Source of the DNA: a virus
Length of the DNA: 64,000 nt
Strand: one strand, 5' to 3'
Virus record (IMG/VR): IMGVR_UViG_3300015195_000005
Coordinates: 7,314-71,313 of that record
The notes beneath the pieces were generated by a model. The model saw only the letters and a program-made list of their open reading frames with translations, was not told where the DNA came from and made no database searches. The position numbers were made by a program, and so were the translations under genes. Shown piece by piece: positions 1 through 9,866 of this stretch (positions are counted from its first letter, which is position 1; the number at the start of each line of letters is the position of its first letter).

Positions 1-3000
1 CACCACCCCCAAATCCCTTAACGCTCCCTGTTTGGCCTATCCCCATCTGCCCTGCCGATAGTCCTAGTTGAGCGGCCTTGTTAGCGTTCAGGGTTGCCGT
101 GTTAATATCCCACAGGCTCTGTTTAAGTATCACAGCCTGAGCATTTGCTACAGACAGCGGCCCAGCTACGTTGTTGATTATGAAATGGCCTGCCGTAACT
201 AAATCGGGATTATGACCGGCAGTACCTATGTCGATAAGATGATGAGCCAAGATAAGGGCTTTTTGGCCTACCCCATCTATGATCCCCTTGGAAGCATCCA
301 GATCCACTTGCACTCTAGTTTGTGCTTCGGCCTCTTGATACAGAGCCTGCGTAAGTGCCAAGTGAGCCGCACTTGCGGCTCTCTGTGCAGACCCATCCTG
401 CAACTTGGCAAGTGTACGCTCAGCATCTATGATCCCGTTATCTGCCTTGAGCACGTTATCTTTGGCAGTAACCAAAGCATCGTGGGCCTTGATGACACCT
501 ATGTTGTCGGCACTTATCAATTGCTGCCTAGCAAGCGCCTCTTGTACAGCAGCTAGGGCCTCTCCTGAGCGGGTCAGAGTGATCTGAGAAGCCTCAAGGG
601 CATCGTTAGCTGCTGCAACCTGCCGAGCATGGTCAGCAGGCATATTATTGACCTTCTGCTGAGCCGCTGCCTGATTGGTGGTTACATCCGTGACTTTCTG
701 CTGAGCAGTAGCAAGATCAAGTTGGGCCTTAGCTATATCTGCGGGAGATCCGCCCTCCTCAACCACCTTGTTGAGTTGCCATACGGCGTCAGCAGACTTA
801 GTTTGGGCATCCCTAAGAGATATTTGGGCATCAGCAACAGCATTGATGGCCTGCTGCAAGCTGATCCAATAGTCGATACCGTTTAACTTCTGTAGGGCCG
901 CTTGAGCAGTAGCTACCGCTTCAGTATCGGTTTCTATCTTGATCTGGGCATCTGCAACAGCATTTTGAGCAGTAACCAGAGCCCTTGCTTGATCTTCAGC
1001 GGCATGGTCAGCATCGAACTGAGCTATCTTTTCCGAAAGTCCAGCCTCAGTAGCAGTGTTACGGGCAACTGTAACTGCCAGAGTAGCCTCAACCACCTTC
1101 TGTGCAAGATCAGCCTGTGTCTGTAGAGCGGCATTATAACTTATAGTAGCATCAGCAACTCTGTTTGTATCCTCACCAACTATGACCAATTCTTTCGCAT
1201 AATCCTGTACTGCCTTGTTGGTAGCATCCAGATCCGCTTGAGTGGGACCGATAGTGCCGGAACCACTAGCAGCAGTCTTGGTATCTCCCAGAGCAGTCTT
1301 GACATCTGCAAGCACTCCACTGAGAACAACACCCTTCTTTGCAGCCAAGTCAAACACCGCTTGGACACTTATCCCCATGTCCGTAGCTATCTGGTTGGCG
1401 TTGGCTGTTGTAGTGCCGTAGCCATCCATCTGCCCCTGGAGGTTTGCTATCTCTGCTCTAAGCTCTTTGACATGCGTTTGAGGATCTTTGGTGCCAACTC
1501 CAAACGCATCCCACAATTTAGCCCCAGTAGTTTGTGTGGTGTCAAGCTCCTTCTGCAACTTCTGTAGCTCAAGTTCTGTTGCATGAGCAGCCTGCGAGTT
1601 GGCATCAGTAGACCCAGTGGGTTGTTGCTTGGCCCACTGATCGGCAAAGTCCTTAGCAGCCTTGGTAGCTTTTTCGGTTTCTGCCCTGGCGTGGGCCTGT
1701 GCCTGCTCCCAGACAAAGAAAGCAATAGCAACAACGCCCAGTACGGTAGTTAGCGTTCCTATAAGTCCAGTGGTGGTTACTACCGCCCCATCTGTTGCTA
1801 TAAGCGCACTATCAGTATCTACGAGAGCAACAACAACTCCCTCTTCAGCTACAGCCAAAGCCTCAGTAGCAGTTCGTACATTAGCTGTAGCCAGGGCCAG
1901 GGCATCCATAGCCTCTGTATCGCCCATAGCCCCTGTAGAGACTTTTGTAAGAGCCTCATCTTCAGCGGCTTGTGCCGCAGCCAGGTTGGCTGTTGCTCTT
2001 TCAAGTGCTTCCATAGCTATAGTAACTTCATCTATCGACAAAGCATGTTCTTGGGCGGCAACAGTAGTTCTCTGATGAGCCGCATACATGGCCTGTAGGG
2101 CACTTATCATCTGAAGTGCCCTTACGCCGAACAGGAGCACTACGCCACCTATCATGGTGAGAACACCCATAAGCAGCGTAAGAACAACAATTACCGCCTT
2201 CATGGGTTCAGGCAGCATCTTAAAGATGTCTGCAAGAGCACCAAGAACGGTATATCCTACTTTTAGTATGGGAAGCAGTCCTGACTCACCAAAACTAGTC
2301 TCAAGCTGAACCAACTTGTCTTTGAAAGATACGATGGCCCCAGCCACAGTATCGGTAGCGGCCTTATAGGAGTTGGTCAGGGTAGTAGAGTCCCCATACG
2401 CCTTGTTTATCCCGGTAAGTGTGTCTGTGTACGTCTTGCCGTTGACTGCACTTGCCGTCTGGGCCTGAGCAAGATCCAAGATGCCAGTAGCGGTTTGGCC
2501 ACTCTTGGCCCCGATGTCTGTAAGAACGGGGATGATGTTTTGACCCGACTGTTTGGCCTTCTCAAGATTGGCAAGCCAAGCAGTTAGAGTGCCGCCAGGA
2601 TCAGCTTGGAACGCCGCCTTGAACTGCTCCCCTGTCTGTCCAGAGATAGCGGCTATGTCCTTGAGTTTTGTGCCGCCCTGCGCCATAGCATCTACGAAAC
2701 CAACAGTGAAAAGTTGGAAGGTACCGGCCATACCACGGACACGGCCATCCAAGTTAGCCATAACAGCAGTCAAGGCCAACGTCTGTGTAACACTAAGGCC
2801 AATGGACTGACCCAAAGCCCCGCCACGATCAGCCATCGTCAGGAAAGCGGCCGTACCTCCAACTGTCTCAACAGCAGCAGCCTTGACGGCAGACGCCAGA
2901 TTGAGAGACTTATCTGCGGTAACACCGAACAGATCAGCTAACCGGCTAAACGGGACAGCCACAGATGATGCTGATGCCCCCGATGTGGTAGCCAACTCCT

Positions 3001-3427
3001 GAATGGCTGTTGATACTGTGGTTATGTCCTTCCCACGATAACCGAAGGTAGCTACTGTGGTGTTCAGATCATTGAAAGCAGTTATTGGTTGCTTAAGAGC
3101 AACAGCCGTATCTCTGATCTGACTCTCTTGAGCAGAACCAGCCGCTACGTTCTGCTGAAGGCTCTTGGTATTGTCGTAGGTGATGGCACTTATCTGTGCT
3201 GCTGCTGTCTGATAAGCCTCAGCAGCACTAGCAAAGCCACCTACGACCCCTAAGAGGGCATCCCCAACCTGCTTGAGCCCTATGCCAACTTGGTTGAGCC
3301 CATAGAAACTGCTCTGAGCGACTGTTACAAGCCCCTGTAGGACTCCCTGAGCCTGTTGAGCACCTACACTCATACCAGATGCGTCTAGGGTTATGACGGC
3401 CTTCATGTTGCTCAGGATGTCGCTCAT
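1..3427 (-). CDS. Tape measure protein (runs off the window edge, 3' partial, >1140 aa)
   Basis: ATG at 3427 overlaps the TGA of the upstream ORF (ATGA). It begins MSDILSNMKAVITLDASG. The frame was open where I spot-checked both ends and the ORF track misses it because it has no stop in the window. Ala/Gln/Thr-rich helical composition, a hydrophobic segment near 2100-2270 and its position after the tail chaperone fit a TMP. Confidence 0.9.
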   Translation of the reverse strand, partial: MSDILSNMKAVITLDASGMSVGAQQAQGVLQGLVTVAQSSFYGLNQVGIGLKQVGDALLGVVGGFASAAEAYQTAAAQISAITYDNTKSLQQNVAAGSAQESQIRDTAVALKQPITAFNDLNTTVATFGYRGKDITTVSTAIQELATTSGASASSVAVPFSRLADLFGVTADKSLNLASAVKAAAVETVGGTAAFLTMADRGGALGQSIGLSVTQTLALTAVMANLDGRVRGMAGTFQLFTVGFVDAMAQGGTKLKDIAAISGQTGEQFKAAFQADPGGTLTAWLANLEKAKQSGQNIIPVLTDIGAKSGQTATGILDLAQAQTASAVNGKTYTDTLTGINKAYGDSTTLTNSYKAATDTVAGAIVSFKDKLVQLETSFGESGLLPILKVGYTVLGALADIFKMLPEPMKAVIVVLTLLMGVLTMIGGVVLLFGVRALQMISALQAMYAAHQRTTVAAQEHALSIDEVTIAMEALERATANLAAAQAAEDEALTKVSTGAMGDTEAMDALALATANVRTATEALAVAEEGVVVALVDTDSALIATDGAVVTTTGLIGTLTTVLGVVAIAFFVWEQAQAHARAETEKATKAAKDFADQWAKQQPTGSTDANSQAAHATELELQKLQKELDTTQTTGAKLWDAFGVGTKDPQTHVKELRAEIANLQGQMDGYGTTTANANQIATDMGISVQAVFDLAAKKGVVLSGVLADVKTALGDTKTAASGSGTIGPTQADLDATNKAVQDYAKELVIVGEDTNRVADATISYNAALQTQADLAQKVVEATLAVTVARNTATEAGLSEKIAQFDADHAAEDQARALVTAQNAVADAQIKIETDTEAVATAQAALQKLNGIDYWISLQQAINAVADAQISLRDAQTKSADAVWQLNKVVEEGGSPADIAKAQLDLATAQQKVTDVTTNQAAAQQKVNNMPADHARQVAAANDALEASQITLTRSGEALAAVQEALARQQLISADNIGVIKAHDALVTAKDNVLKADNGIIDAERTLAKLQDGSAQRAASAAHLALTQALYQEAEAQTRVQVDLDASKGIIDGVGQKALILAHHLIDIGTAGHNPDLVTAGHFIINNVAGPLSVANAQAVILKQSLWDINTATLNANKAAQLGLSAGQMGIGQTGSVKGFGGG

Positions 3428-3876
3428 TTGGCCAACCTCTCAGCCTCTCGTCGGGCCTTGACCTTCGCAAACACAACAGCAGGGTCTTGATAACGACCCT
3501 TTGAGTCATCCTCAAAGATAGCCTGACTACCGGGGGCTTCCTTACGCATACTATTACTATTAGAATCAGATCCAGGGGTCCAGTCCAAGATAGTGGTAAG
3601 CCTATGAAAGATAGCCGCAGACATCCTATCCTTTTTCATCCTGGTTTCACCATCCAAGAACTCATCTTGCACCTTATCTATCTCTGCGTCTACCCATGTG
3701 CCGAACATGAATACAGCCTCGTCCAGACACCAAGCAGCATAACTAGGACTTTGGCTTAACTCTGACCCGTCGCTGTTCTCTGTTGAGTTGCGAAGCCCCA
3801 CTATCTGACTCGGTAGTTGTCCCCACTCCTGAGACATCCGCCATAGTTGCCACAATCTTCGCCTGTTGCTCGCGAA
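3424..3876 (-). CDS. Tail assembly chaperone, C-terminal frameshift extension (gpGT-like)
   Basis: The ORF overlaps the chaperone 3' end in the +1 frame, has no good start of its own and ends against the TMP start. The frame opens just after a TAG at 3885-3883. Confidence 0.75.
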   Translation of the reverse strand, partial: FASNRRRLWQLWRMSQEWGQLPSQIVGLRNSTENSDGSELSQSPSYAAWCLDEAVFMFGTWVDAEIDKVQDEFLDGETRMKKDRMSAAIFHRLTTILDWTPGSDSNSNSMRKEAPGSQAIFEDDSKGRYQDPAVVFAKVKARREAERLAK

Positions 3877-4321
3877 ACTGGGCTAGGTCGGTGGTCCCTC
3901 CCTGAGCCACCGAGAAGATAAAGCCCTTGTCATCCCAAGGGACATCAGCAATAGATATTTCATCTACACCTGTTGGAGTCCAGATGTCCCTGTTCTCTCC
4001 TTCAGGGACCAACAAAATAGTTGGATAGATAACTGTCTTGCATACCATCTGGTCTATGAACTCAGCCATCTGCTGAAAGGCTTCGGGGTTCAAGGTCTGC
4101 ATGTCCACCTTGATGCCCTTGCCTATCTGGCCCTGTAGGGCATCGGCAAGGGGATTGGGTATCTGCCCGGTACGCAGCATGAACATGAGATCCACAGAGC
4201 GGGACATGCGTATCACCCGCTGGGATGGAAGGGTTACCACTATCCCCCGCTGTGTGCTGCCCTTCCATTCTGATGCTGGCGTTACCTGTGGTTCAGCACT
4301 TCCGTTATCTGACGTGCTCAC
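3743..4321 (-). CDS. Tail assembly chaperone (gpG-like)
   Basis: 192 aa between the major tail gene and the TMP, with an overlapping downstream ORF, which is the canonical G/GT arrangement. Confidence 0.8.
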   Translation of the reverse strand: MSTSDNGSAEPQVTPASEWKGSTQRGIVVTLPSQRVIRMSRSVDLMFMLRTGQIPNPLADALQGQIGKGIKVDMQTLNPEAFQQMAEFIDQMVCKTVIYPTILLVPEGENRDIWTPTGVDEISIADVPWDDKGFIFSVAQGGTTDLAQFREQQAKIVATMADVSGVGTTTESDSGASQLNREQRRVRVKPKS

Positions 4322-4377
4322 GATCCTCCTTCAAGGATTCCGGCATCTAGGTTTTGACTATCTTCTCACATGCAGAA

Positions 4378-4397
4378 GGCCACCCCGAAGGATGGCC
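4378..4397 (-). terminator. Stem-loop after major tail gene
   Basis: Minus strand GGCCATCC-TTCG-GGGTGGCC followed by TTCT; UUCG tetraloop. Confidence 0.65.
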
Positions 4398-4440
4398 CCC
4401 TGCTGCTTGGACTTTCGGAAACTGCTATGAGGCGATAAAC

Positions 4441-5256
4441 CTATGAGGCTACGATCACGATGCTCTGACTGGTAACAGTGCCAGCAGCGTTGGTAGCAGA
4501 GACAGTGAACGTGGACGTACCTGCCCCTGTCACAGCGCCGTAGAGGACACCAGCAGCGGTATCCAGCAACAGACCAGCGGGCAGGGCACCAGAGGCAACC
4601 GCCCAGGTGATCGGCGTATCCCCAAGGGCCGTAAAGGTGTAGATGTAAGCAGCACCGTGGACCGGTGCCAGCGGAGGCGTATGGGCCACCAGCACAGGAA
4701 CATTGGGACCGATAGCAGCGGCCTGCTCATTCTGCACGAAGTCATAGAGAGAGCCGTCTGAGATACGGGGAAGGGCAATGCCCTTGGCTCCTGTGAGCCA
4801 GAATGCGTTCTCATCCATAGTCCCTGTAATGTTGCCGTTTAGCTTGCAACGATAGAGGATCACATGGAAGTCGCCACCTGAGTCTGAGTAAGCCTGTCCC
4901 TCAAGACGGAAGTAGGGGCGCAAGTTGGTGGACTTCTTGGTAAACACCCGCTTACCGGTACCAGCACCGTTGTTCCACGTACCCGACTCAGTAATGGTAC
5001 CGCCAGTGATGGCCTTGACAACATCGAGGGTCACGCCACCAGCGGTGATATCCCAGTCAACTTGCGGGCCTTTACCGTGGACAGCCTGAAGGGCATCATC
5101 TCCCCTAAGCTCCACGTAAGTCTCGGCTTCTGCAAAGGTCAGCTTCTGGTTGGCAGCGAGATCAAGACCGGACCCAGGCGTCTCACCAGTAAGGGGAAAG
5201 ACCTGAAGATCCCGCAAACCAAACGGCAGCGGTACAAAACTGTTTGAGGGGGCCAT
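4441..5256 (-). CDS. Major tail protein with C-terminal Ig-like (He_PIG-type) domain
   Basis: N-terminal PFGLRD...ELRGDD tail-tube pattern. C-terminal WAVASGALPAGLLLD...TFTVSATN matches putative-Ig repeats. Synteny agrees. Confidence 0.85.
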   Translation of the reverse strand: MAPSNSFVPLPFGLRDLQVFPLTGETPGSGLDLAANQKLTFAEAETYVELRGDDALQAVHGKGPQVDWDITAGGVTLDVVKAITGGTITESGTWNNGAGTGKRVFTKKSTNLRPYFRLEGQAYSDSGGDFHVILYRCKLNGNITGTMDENAFWLTGAKGIALPRISDGSLYDFVQNEQAAAIGPNVPVLVAHTPPLAPVHGAAYIYTFTALGDTPITWAVASGALPAGLLLDTAAGVLYGAVTGAGTSTFTVSATNAAGTVTSQSIVIVAS

Positions 5257-5451
5257 CTAAGTCTTCCTTTCGGGAAATAATGAGGCGGGGTTTCTGTATT
5301 TCACTGTCTCGACCAACTGCATCGTATCTACATCGAAGTAGTGCAACACTACTGTACCGTTACCTGCCCCACAGGCTTTGGAATGGCACATAATCTCTAT
5401 GCGACCATCTTCTATCCTGAACTGGATACGGGACGGACATCTGACATCCAC
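5257..5451 (-). CDS. Small zinc-ribbon protein (Mu Com-like)
   Basis: 64 aa with RCP and EIMCHSKAC Cys motifs, tightly packed in the operon. Confidence 0.5.
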   Translation of the reverse strand: MDVRCPSRIQFRIEDGRIEIMCHSKACGAGNGTVVLHYFDVDTMQLVETVKYRNPASLFPERKT

Positions 5452-5453
5452 TG

Positions 5454-5726
5454 TTATGCAGAGATGGGCTTGTAAAGCTTTTCGTATTCGTTTCGTGGGA
5501 CATTGCCACCTGCAACATCATCGGTAACGTCCTTGAACTCATCGAACTCAAGCAGCACGTCCCAAAATTCTTGGGGGACATCTGGGTGATCCTCGGTGTC
5601 AAGAAGATGCTCAGTGGCCTTGTCCCATACAAGTTCTTCCTCAAGGGGCTCTACCTGATCCAGCAGAGTTGCACCGGGATAGAACATCCGAATGTCGCTG
5701 GAACCCATAAACTTTACGATCATCAT
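5454..5726 (-). CDS. Hypothetical protein (acidic, tail region)
   Basis: 90-aa ORF tightly packed in the operon. Confidence 0.6.
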   Translation of the reverse strand: MMIVKFMGSSDIRMFYPGATLLDQVEPLEEELVWDKATEHLLDTEDHPDVPQEFWDVLLEFDEFKDVTDDVAGGNVPRNEYEKLYKPISA

Positions 5727-5732
5727 TGCTCC

Positions 5733-6164
5733 TTAAATACTGGTAAGAAACCGCATGGTCAAGGTTTTGAATATCTTGTCCAGCACAGGGTCGTCGCTAT
5801 CTAGCCCGAAGCCCTGCCACTTCACATCCGTACATCTAGCCCCTGAAGGGCTTACGGACAGAGCCAATCCCAAAAGTGTATCTCTAACCAGACGAAGCAA
5901 AGTTTCTATCCTTAGATAGTCCCCTCGTTCGTCATAGGCCCGTATGTCAAATATCTGTACAGCAGACCGCCTTACCTTCTGAACCCCCGGTGCAGCATGG
6001 TCAACGATGTTGGGCATGGAGTGGATCAACAGGAACGGAGGATCAGGATTAGACGATATGGGGGATACCCCCAGAGAGTTGGCCTCATAGATACGAGCAG
6101 GTACGCCAACTATATCTGTGACAGCAGTTGTGTTGCTAAGGGTAGTCCATATCAACTGTCTCAT
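5733..6164 (-). CDS. Tail terminator / tail completion protein
   Basis: 143 aa in the usual position between the gp10-like gene and the tail tube gene; motif RIYE...PPFL and a beta-rich C-terminus. Confidence 0.65.
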   Translation of the reverse strand: MRQLIWTTLSNTTAVTDIVGVPARIYEANSLGVSPISSNPDPPFLLIHSMPNIVDHAAPGVQKVRRSAVQIFDIRAYDERGDYLRIETLLRLVRDTLLGLALSVSPSGARCTDVKWQGFGLDSDDPVLDKIFKTLTMRFLTSI

Positions 6165-6628
6165 CTGTGTGCCCTCAACTTACCAGCAAAGATGGGCGCA
6201 AAGTAACGAATAGTAGGCAAGATTATGGCATAAGATATGCCTCCGTAAGTCTTGTCCTCCAGAAAGATGCCGTAGAACATAGAGTGCCCAAGGCTGATGT
6301 CACTACTGCCATCCTTGTCACGATGCACTACAACAGCCTTCAAACCGTCCCGTGCAAGACCAGTACGATCTTTCCACGGAGCGTTAGCCTTCATGTACTG
6401 CTCCATGACAGGGCCTAGTTCGGCTGCCACTTTACGACGATAATCCTGCCAGTCATCAGCATACTTCTTCATGCTCTGATCGAATAAGTCAAGTCCTTGC
6501 CAACTGAACCCAACTCCGTCCTTTACAAATCTTCCAACACTATCTCTAAGTGCTGACGAAAGAGCATATTCAGGACGCCCAGCGTTAACTATGCCATATT
6601 TACTATCTGACCCGTAGATACTGTTCAT
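6161..6628 (-). CDS. HK97 gp10-like tail component
   Basis: MKANAPWKDRTGLAR and YGIFLE...YAIILP motifs typical of the gp10-like family. Confidence 0.75.
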   Translation of the reverse strand: MNSIYGSDSKYGIVNAGRPEYALSSALRDSVGRFVKDGVGFSWQGLDLFDQSMKKYADDWQDYRRKVAAELGPVMEQYMKANAPWKDRTGLARDGLKAVVVHRDKDGSSDISLGHSMFYGIFLEDKTYGGISYAIILPTIRYFAPIFAGKLRAHR

Positions 6629-7020
6629 TGGACTGGCTCTATCTCTGCTCGTGTCTCCATAGAGCGGTCAGGATGCACATACTGGATCACGAACTTTCGG
6701 TTATCTACAGGGTTGATGAACCAATCCCCTTTTTGCAGGTCATCATCGGGCATCCCGACCATGTACTTCTTCAGATGCTCTCCTGCACCTACCCCTGGAG
6801 ACTGCTCGTACTGCTCTCTTCCCTGTACCCCAAAGAACCTACGCTTAGGGGGAAAGATACGGGGTGACCCTGAACGGGTCACACCGCCAGCGTTATTGGT
6901 TTGTTGCGTAGCAGGACGGTTTATCTGCACTAGCGTCCCATAGAAACGTATAATCATACTAGTATTACGTTGAGCAAGTATCTGCTCCTGGGATACATAG
7001 ATACCGTCTGCTGTGGACAT
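6625..7020 (-). CDS. Head closure / head-tail adaptor
   Basis: Probable start ATG 7020 overlaps the upstream stop (ATGA). DDDLQKGDWF beta-barrel pattern and synteny. Confidence 0.6.
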   Translation of the reverse strand: MSTADGIYVSQEQILAQRNTSMIIRFYGTLVQINRPATQQTNNAGGVTRSGSPRIFPPKRRFFGVQGREQYEQSPGVGAGEHLKKYMVGMPDDDLQKGDWFINPVDNRKFVIQYVHPDRSMETRAEIEPVQ

Positions 7021-7529
7021 CAGTAACCTATCGTGTCCCAAGCAAGATAAGCCCTGTCGATGTGACTGACATCCCAAAGCTGGTTGTACAGGTTAAGAGA
7101 ATTGTCATCGTAGACACGTGCCGTCATACCAGCAGTACGGACTGCTCCTGCGAATGCTGCTATCTCTATATCTGCTCTGGCTTGCCACAGATGGGCTACC
7201 TTCTGGGCCGCAGCAGAGGCTTGGGAGAACTTCTTTTGAGCCCCTATGCCATCATTACGGTCCACCATAACGGCATAAGCGCCAGCCTTTATCATCCACC
7301 CTGTCGCAGCAGCAACTGTGATGAAGTTGTTGGACCGATTGAGTATCTCTACGATGTGGCCGTTCAGGAACAAGGTATCCGAATCGGAGCCACTGGGCGG
7401 GATAACTTCTTGCAAAAGCAACCGAAGATACTGACTATTGCTTTCTGTAACGTCACCAGGAGCCTCAACCTCAGGGGCTTGAGGGGTCCAAATCTCTTCA
7501 GGACTCAAACTAAGGTCTGGTGCAGGCAC
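7020..7529 (-). CDS. Head-tail connector (gp15/gp6-like)
   Basis: LRLLLQE...D...F...I helical pattern, downstream of the capsid gene. Confidence 0.65.
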   Translation of the reverse strand: MPAPDLSLSPEEIWTPQAPEVEAPGDVTESNSQYLRLLLQEVIPPSGSDSDTLFLNGHIVEILNRSNNFITVAAATGWMIKAGAYAVMVDRNDGIGAQKKFSQASAAAQKVAHLWQARADIEIAAFAGAVRTAGMTARVYDDNSLNLYNQLWDVSHIDRAYLAWDTIGY

Positions 7530-7570
7530 CCTATCTCCTTCGTATTGCTTCTAAACCTGCTGTTATGCCA

Positions 7571-7604
7571 CTGGAGCGCCGATCCCGAAGGACCGACGCT
7601 CCAG
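7571..7604 (-). terminator. Strong stem-loop (terminator or RNA-stabilising hairpin)
   Basis: Minus strand CTGGAGCGTCGGTCC-TTCG-GGATCGGCGCTCCAG, a 15-bp stem; no U-tract. Confidence 0.6.
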
Positions 7605-7637
7605 GGCCTCTGGGGGTTGAGCCGCTTAGGGATCTGG

Positions 7638-8114
7638 CTATGCCCTTGTCCGACGTTTAGTAGCGCCGGTTGGACTGACAGTGGAATCCTGCGGGCCTTC
7701 TGAGCCACCAGAAGATTGCAGAGTACCGACTTCCTCTTCTTCGTAACTAGAGGTATCGGTACCACTTCTAAGATCATCGAGCTTCTTACGGGTATCCACT
7801 CCGATTGCCTGGAGAGCCGCTTCTTGATGCCCATAGCGGTCATGGGCATCGTGCTCGTTAAGCTGATCTACGTGGGCCTGTGACATAGCCCTGCGGGAAT
7901 CCTGCACGACCTTATGCTCCTCAGGGCTAGCAGCTTCAAGATGTCCCTTACGCAGCTTGTCACGGACATAAGCTGCCGCAACAGGGTTTGCTTCAGGGTC
8001 AGGAAACACCTTGACATCGTGACCCCCGATGAACCAACCGCTGTCAAGATCAGCCATAGAGCCGCTCAGCAGTCGCTCAGGGAGTCGAACGTGGGTGGGA
8101 TCTTCTGTGGACAT
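7638..8114 (-). CDS. Hypothetical protein (head region)
   Basis: 158-aa ORF in operon order, followed by a hairpin. Confidence 0.65.
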   Translation of the reverse strand: MSTEDPTHVRLPERLLSGSMADLDSGWFIGGHDVKVFPDPEANPVAAAYVRDKLRKGHLEAASPEEHKVVQDSRRAMSQAHVDQLNEHDAHDRYGHQEAALQAIGVDTRKKLDDLRSGTDTSSYEEEEVGTLQSSGGSEGPQDSTVSPTGATKRRTRA

Positions 8115-8117
8115 GAC

Positions 8118-8717
8118 TTATTCCTCGACTTTCTTGATAGACCAGGGCCGCTCAGCACGTGCCCGCTTCATACTTTCGGAAATCTTCTGCTTCCACTCTG
8201 CGCTGAACGGCGCTCGCTTCTTGCCAAGGTGGCCTGCGGCTATCTTGGCCCGCACTTCTGGTGGCCGTGGGATACCACGCAAGGCGGCTGCTCGTTTCTC
8301 ATTAACTTCAGGATCAAATACTTGCTGCGCCCTGGCTTCTCGAACTTTGATCAGCGATTCTTCCGAGTGCTTGTACCCACTTGAGCCTCTGCCGCCTACT
8401 GTCTCGTTCAGCAAGTCGGCACCATCAAGTAAATAGTCCTCTATCCACAGCCGTTCCTCCTCATCACCGTCTACGAGAGCTACTTGAGCAAGTAACACGG
8501 CCTCGGGCCGCACACCTTCAGCAAGTAGCTCTCGCACCCAACTTGAAACTTTGGACGACCTGCCATAGTTCGCCGCAGCTACGTGGCGATACAGACGATC
8601 ACGGACAGATTGCTGAGTCTGCCCAACATATCGGGCCGCTCCTGTCCGTAGATCTTGCAGGACGTACACGTTCACCTTTCCGACATTTTCGATTGGCATA
8701 TCACTAGGATACGCCAA
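8118..8717 (-). CDS. Free-standing GIY-YIG homing endonuclease with NUMOD3 repeats
   Basis: VY-x10-RYVGQT, conserved R and E...E..WI, then GYKHSEES / RPPEVRAKI / FSAEWKQKISESMK NUMOD3-like repeats. Confidence 0.85.
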   Translation of the reverse strand: MAYPSDMPIENVGKVNVYVLQDLRTGAARYVGQTQQSVRDRLYRHVAAANYGRSSKVSSWVRELLAEGVRPEAVLLAQVALVDGDEEERLWIEDYLLDGADLLNETVGGRGSSGYKHSEESLIKVREARAQQVFDPEVNEKRAAALRGIPRPPEVRAKIAAGHLGKKRAPFSAEWKQKISESMKRARAERPWSIKKVEE

Positions 8718-8731
8718 CCACGTCCGACTAC

Positions 8732-9829
8732 TTACGAGTAGATTGTAGGCCCTGGGTTAGTACCGAGCGTCGTGAGATAGCTGAGCACCAAGCGACCGTC
8801 ACGGAAGATGTTCGCAAACCCGGTCATCATGGAGACGAACGTCTCATTGAGTTGACGGGAGATAATACGATCCGACTCCGTAAGAAGTGGCTGTGCTGTC
8901 AACTGGATGAAGGAACGGGCCACATCCACGAAAACAATGGTGCCGTCCGGCACAGCATCGTGGATATACACATCCTGATAGGACGGAAGTGGAGTGGAAA
9001 CGTTCAGGGTCACACCAGAAAGCGGAACAGCGCCAGGGAAGATAGTCCGCTGGAATTGGCTCGTATTGAGCAGAGTAAGCGCATCGGCTTCCGAGCACAA
9101 CATGACTGTTGAGTTACGGAACATACGCTTCATACGGGTCCAGAGCCGGGCTACGTCGATGTACTGCAAAGACGTACCTGTGGTAGAACCCATGACGTAA
9201 GCAGACTGGCTACCGTCCCCTTGATCGCCATTGATAGCGATGTTGATGAGGTCACGGTCCAGATCCGCACCAAGGCGGGCGCCAAGCTCCTCGAAATAGA
9301 TAGCAGCGAGATTGATGGGCGTGAACTGGATCGACTCGTAAGACTGCTTCAGGCCACGGGCCTTCTTGTGGATACTGACCTGCTTCTCAGCCCAGATGAT
9401 CGCTTCACTTTCGGGAATCGTGCCAGCCTCCTGCACATCTCGCAGCCGGAACACGTTGGGATCAACGAGCCGGTAGTCCATCATTGGCATCGTTACGCCT
9501 GTGCCGTTGATGGTTTCCTCGCCCGTAATGAGCTTGGAGAAGAACGGAGTGTACTCAAGTCCCCGACGAATAGCGTCACGGATGATCTCAGGGAACATCC
9601 AACGGGAAAGCTCCCCTGTGTTGAGGATCTTGTCCACGGTGAGATTGCGAAGATCGATACCAAGGGTCTGATAGAACGCCTCTGGGGTGGTACCGGGCCA
9701 AGTATCGTCAAGATACTGCTTCAGGGTCACATCTTCCCTGGTTGTCTGACGGACTCGCTGGATCTCCTTGTGGAAGTGCTCCAAATCAAGCCCCTTTTCC
9801 AGCGCAACTGTGGAAAACCGGGTAGCCAT
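8732..9829 (-). CDS. Major capsid protein (HK97 fold)
   Basis: 365 aa; EAGTIPE, KKARGLKQSYE, ELGARLGADLD..INIAING patterns; downstream of protease and decoration genes. Confidence 0.9.
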   Translation of the reverse strand: MATRFSTVALEKGLDLEHFHKEIQRVRQTTREDVTLKQYLDDTWPGTTPEAFYQTLGIDLRNLTVDKILNTGELSRWMFPEIIRDAIRRGLEYTPFFSKLITGEETINGTGVTMPMMDYRLVDPNVFRLRDVQEAGTIPESEAIIWAEKQVSIHKKARGLKQSYESIQFTPINLAAIYFEELGARLGADLDRDLINIAINGDQGDGSQSAYVMGSTTGTSLQYIDVARLWTRMKRMFRNSTVMLCSEADALTLLNTSQFQRTIFPGAVPLSGVTLNVSTPLPSYQDVYIHDAVPDGTIVFVDVARSFIQLTAQPLLTESDRIISRQLNETFVSMMTGFANIFRDGRLVLSYLTTLGTNPGPTIYS

Positions 9830-9866
9830 AGTGGGTTATTTCTCCTTTCAGGGGATTGATACTGGA

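Noticed and set aside
212-2941. Several + strand ORFs in the first 3 kb
   Set aside because: They are shadows of the tape measure frame on the minus strand.
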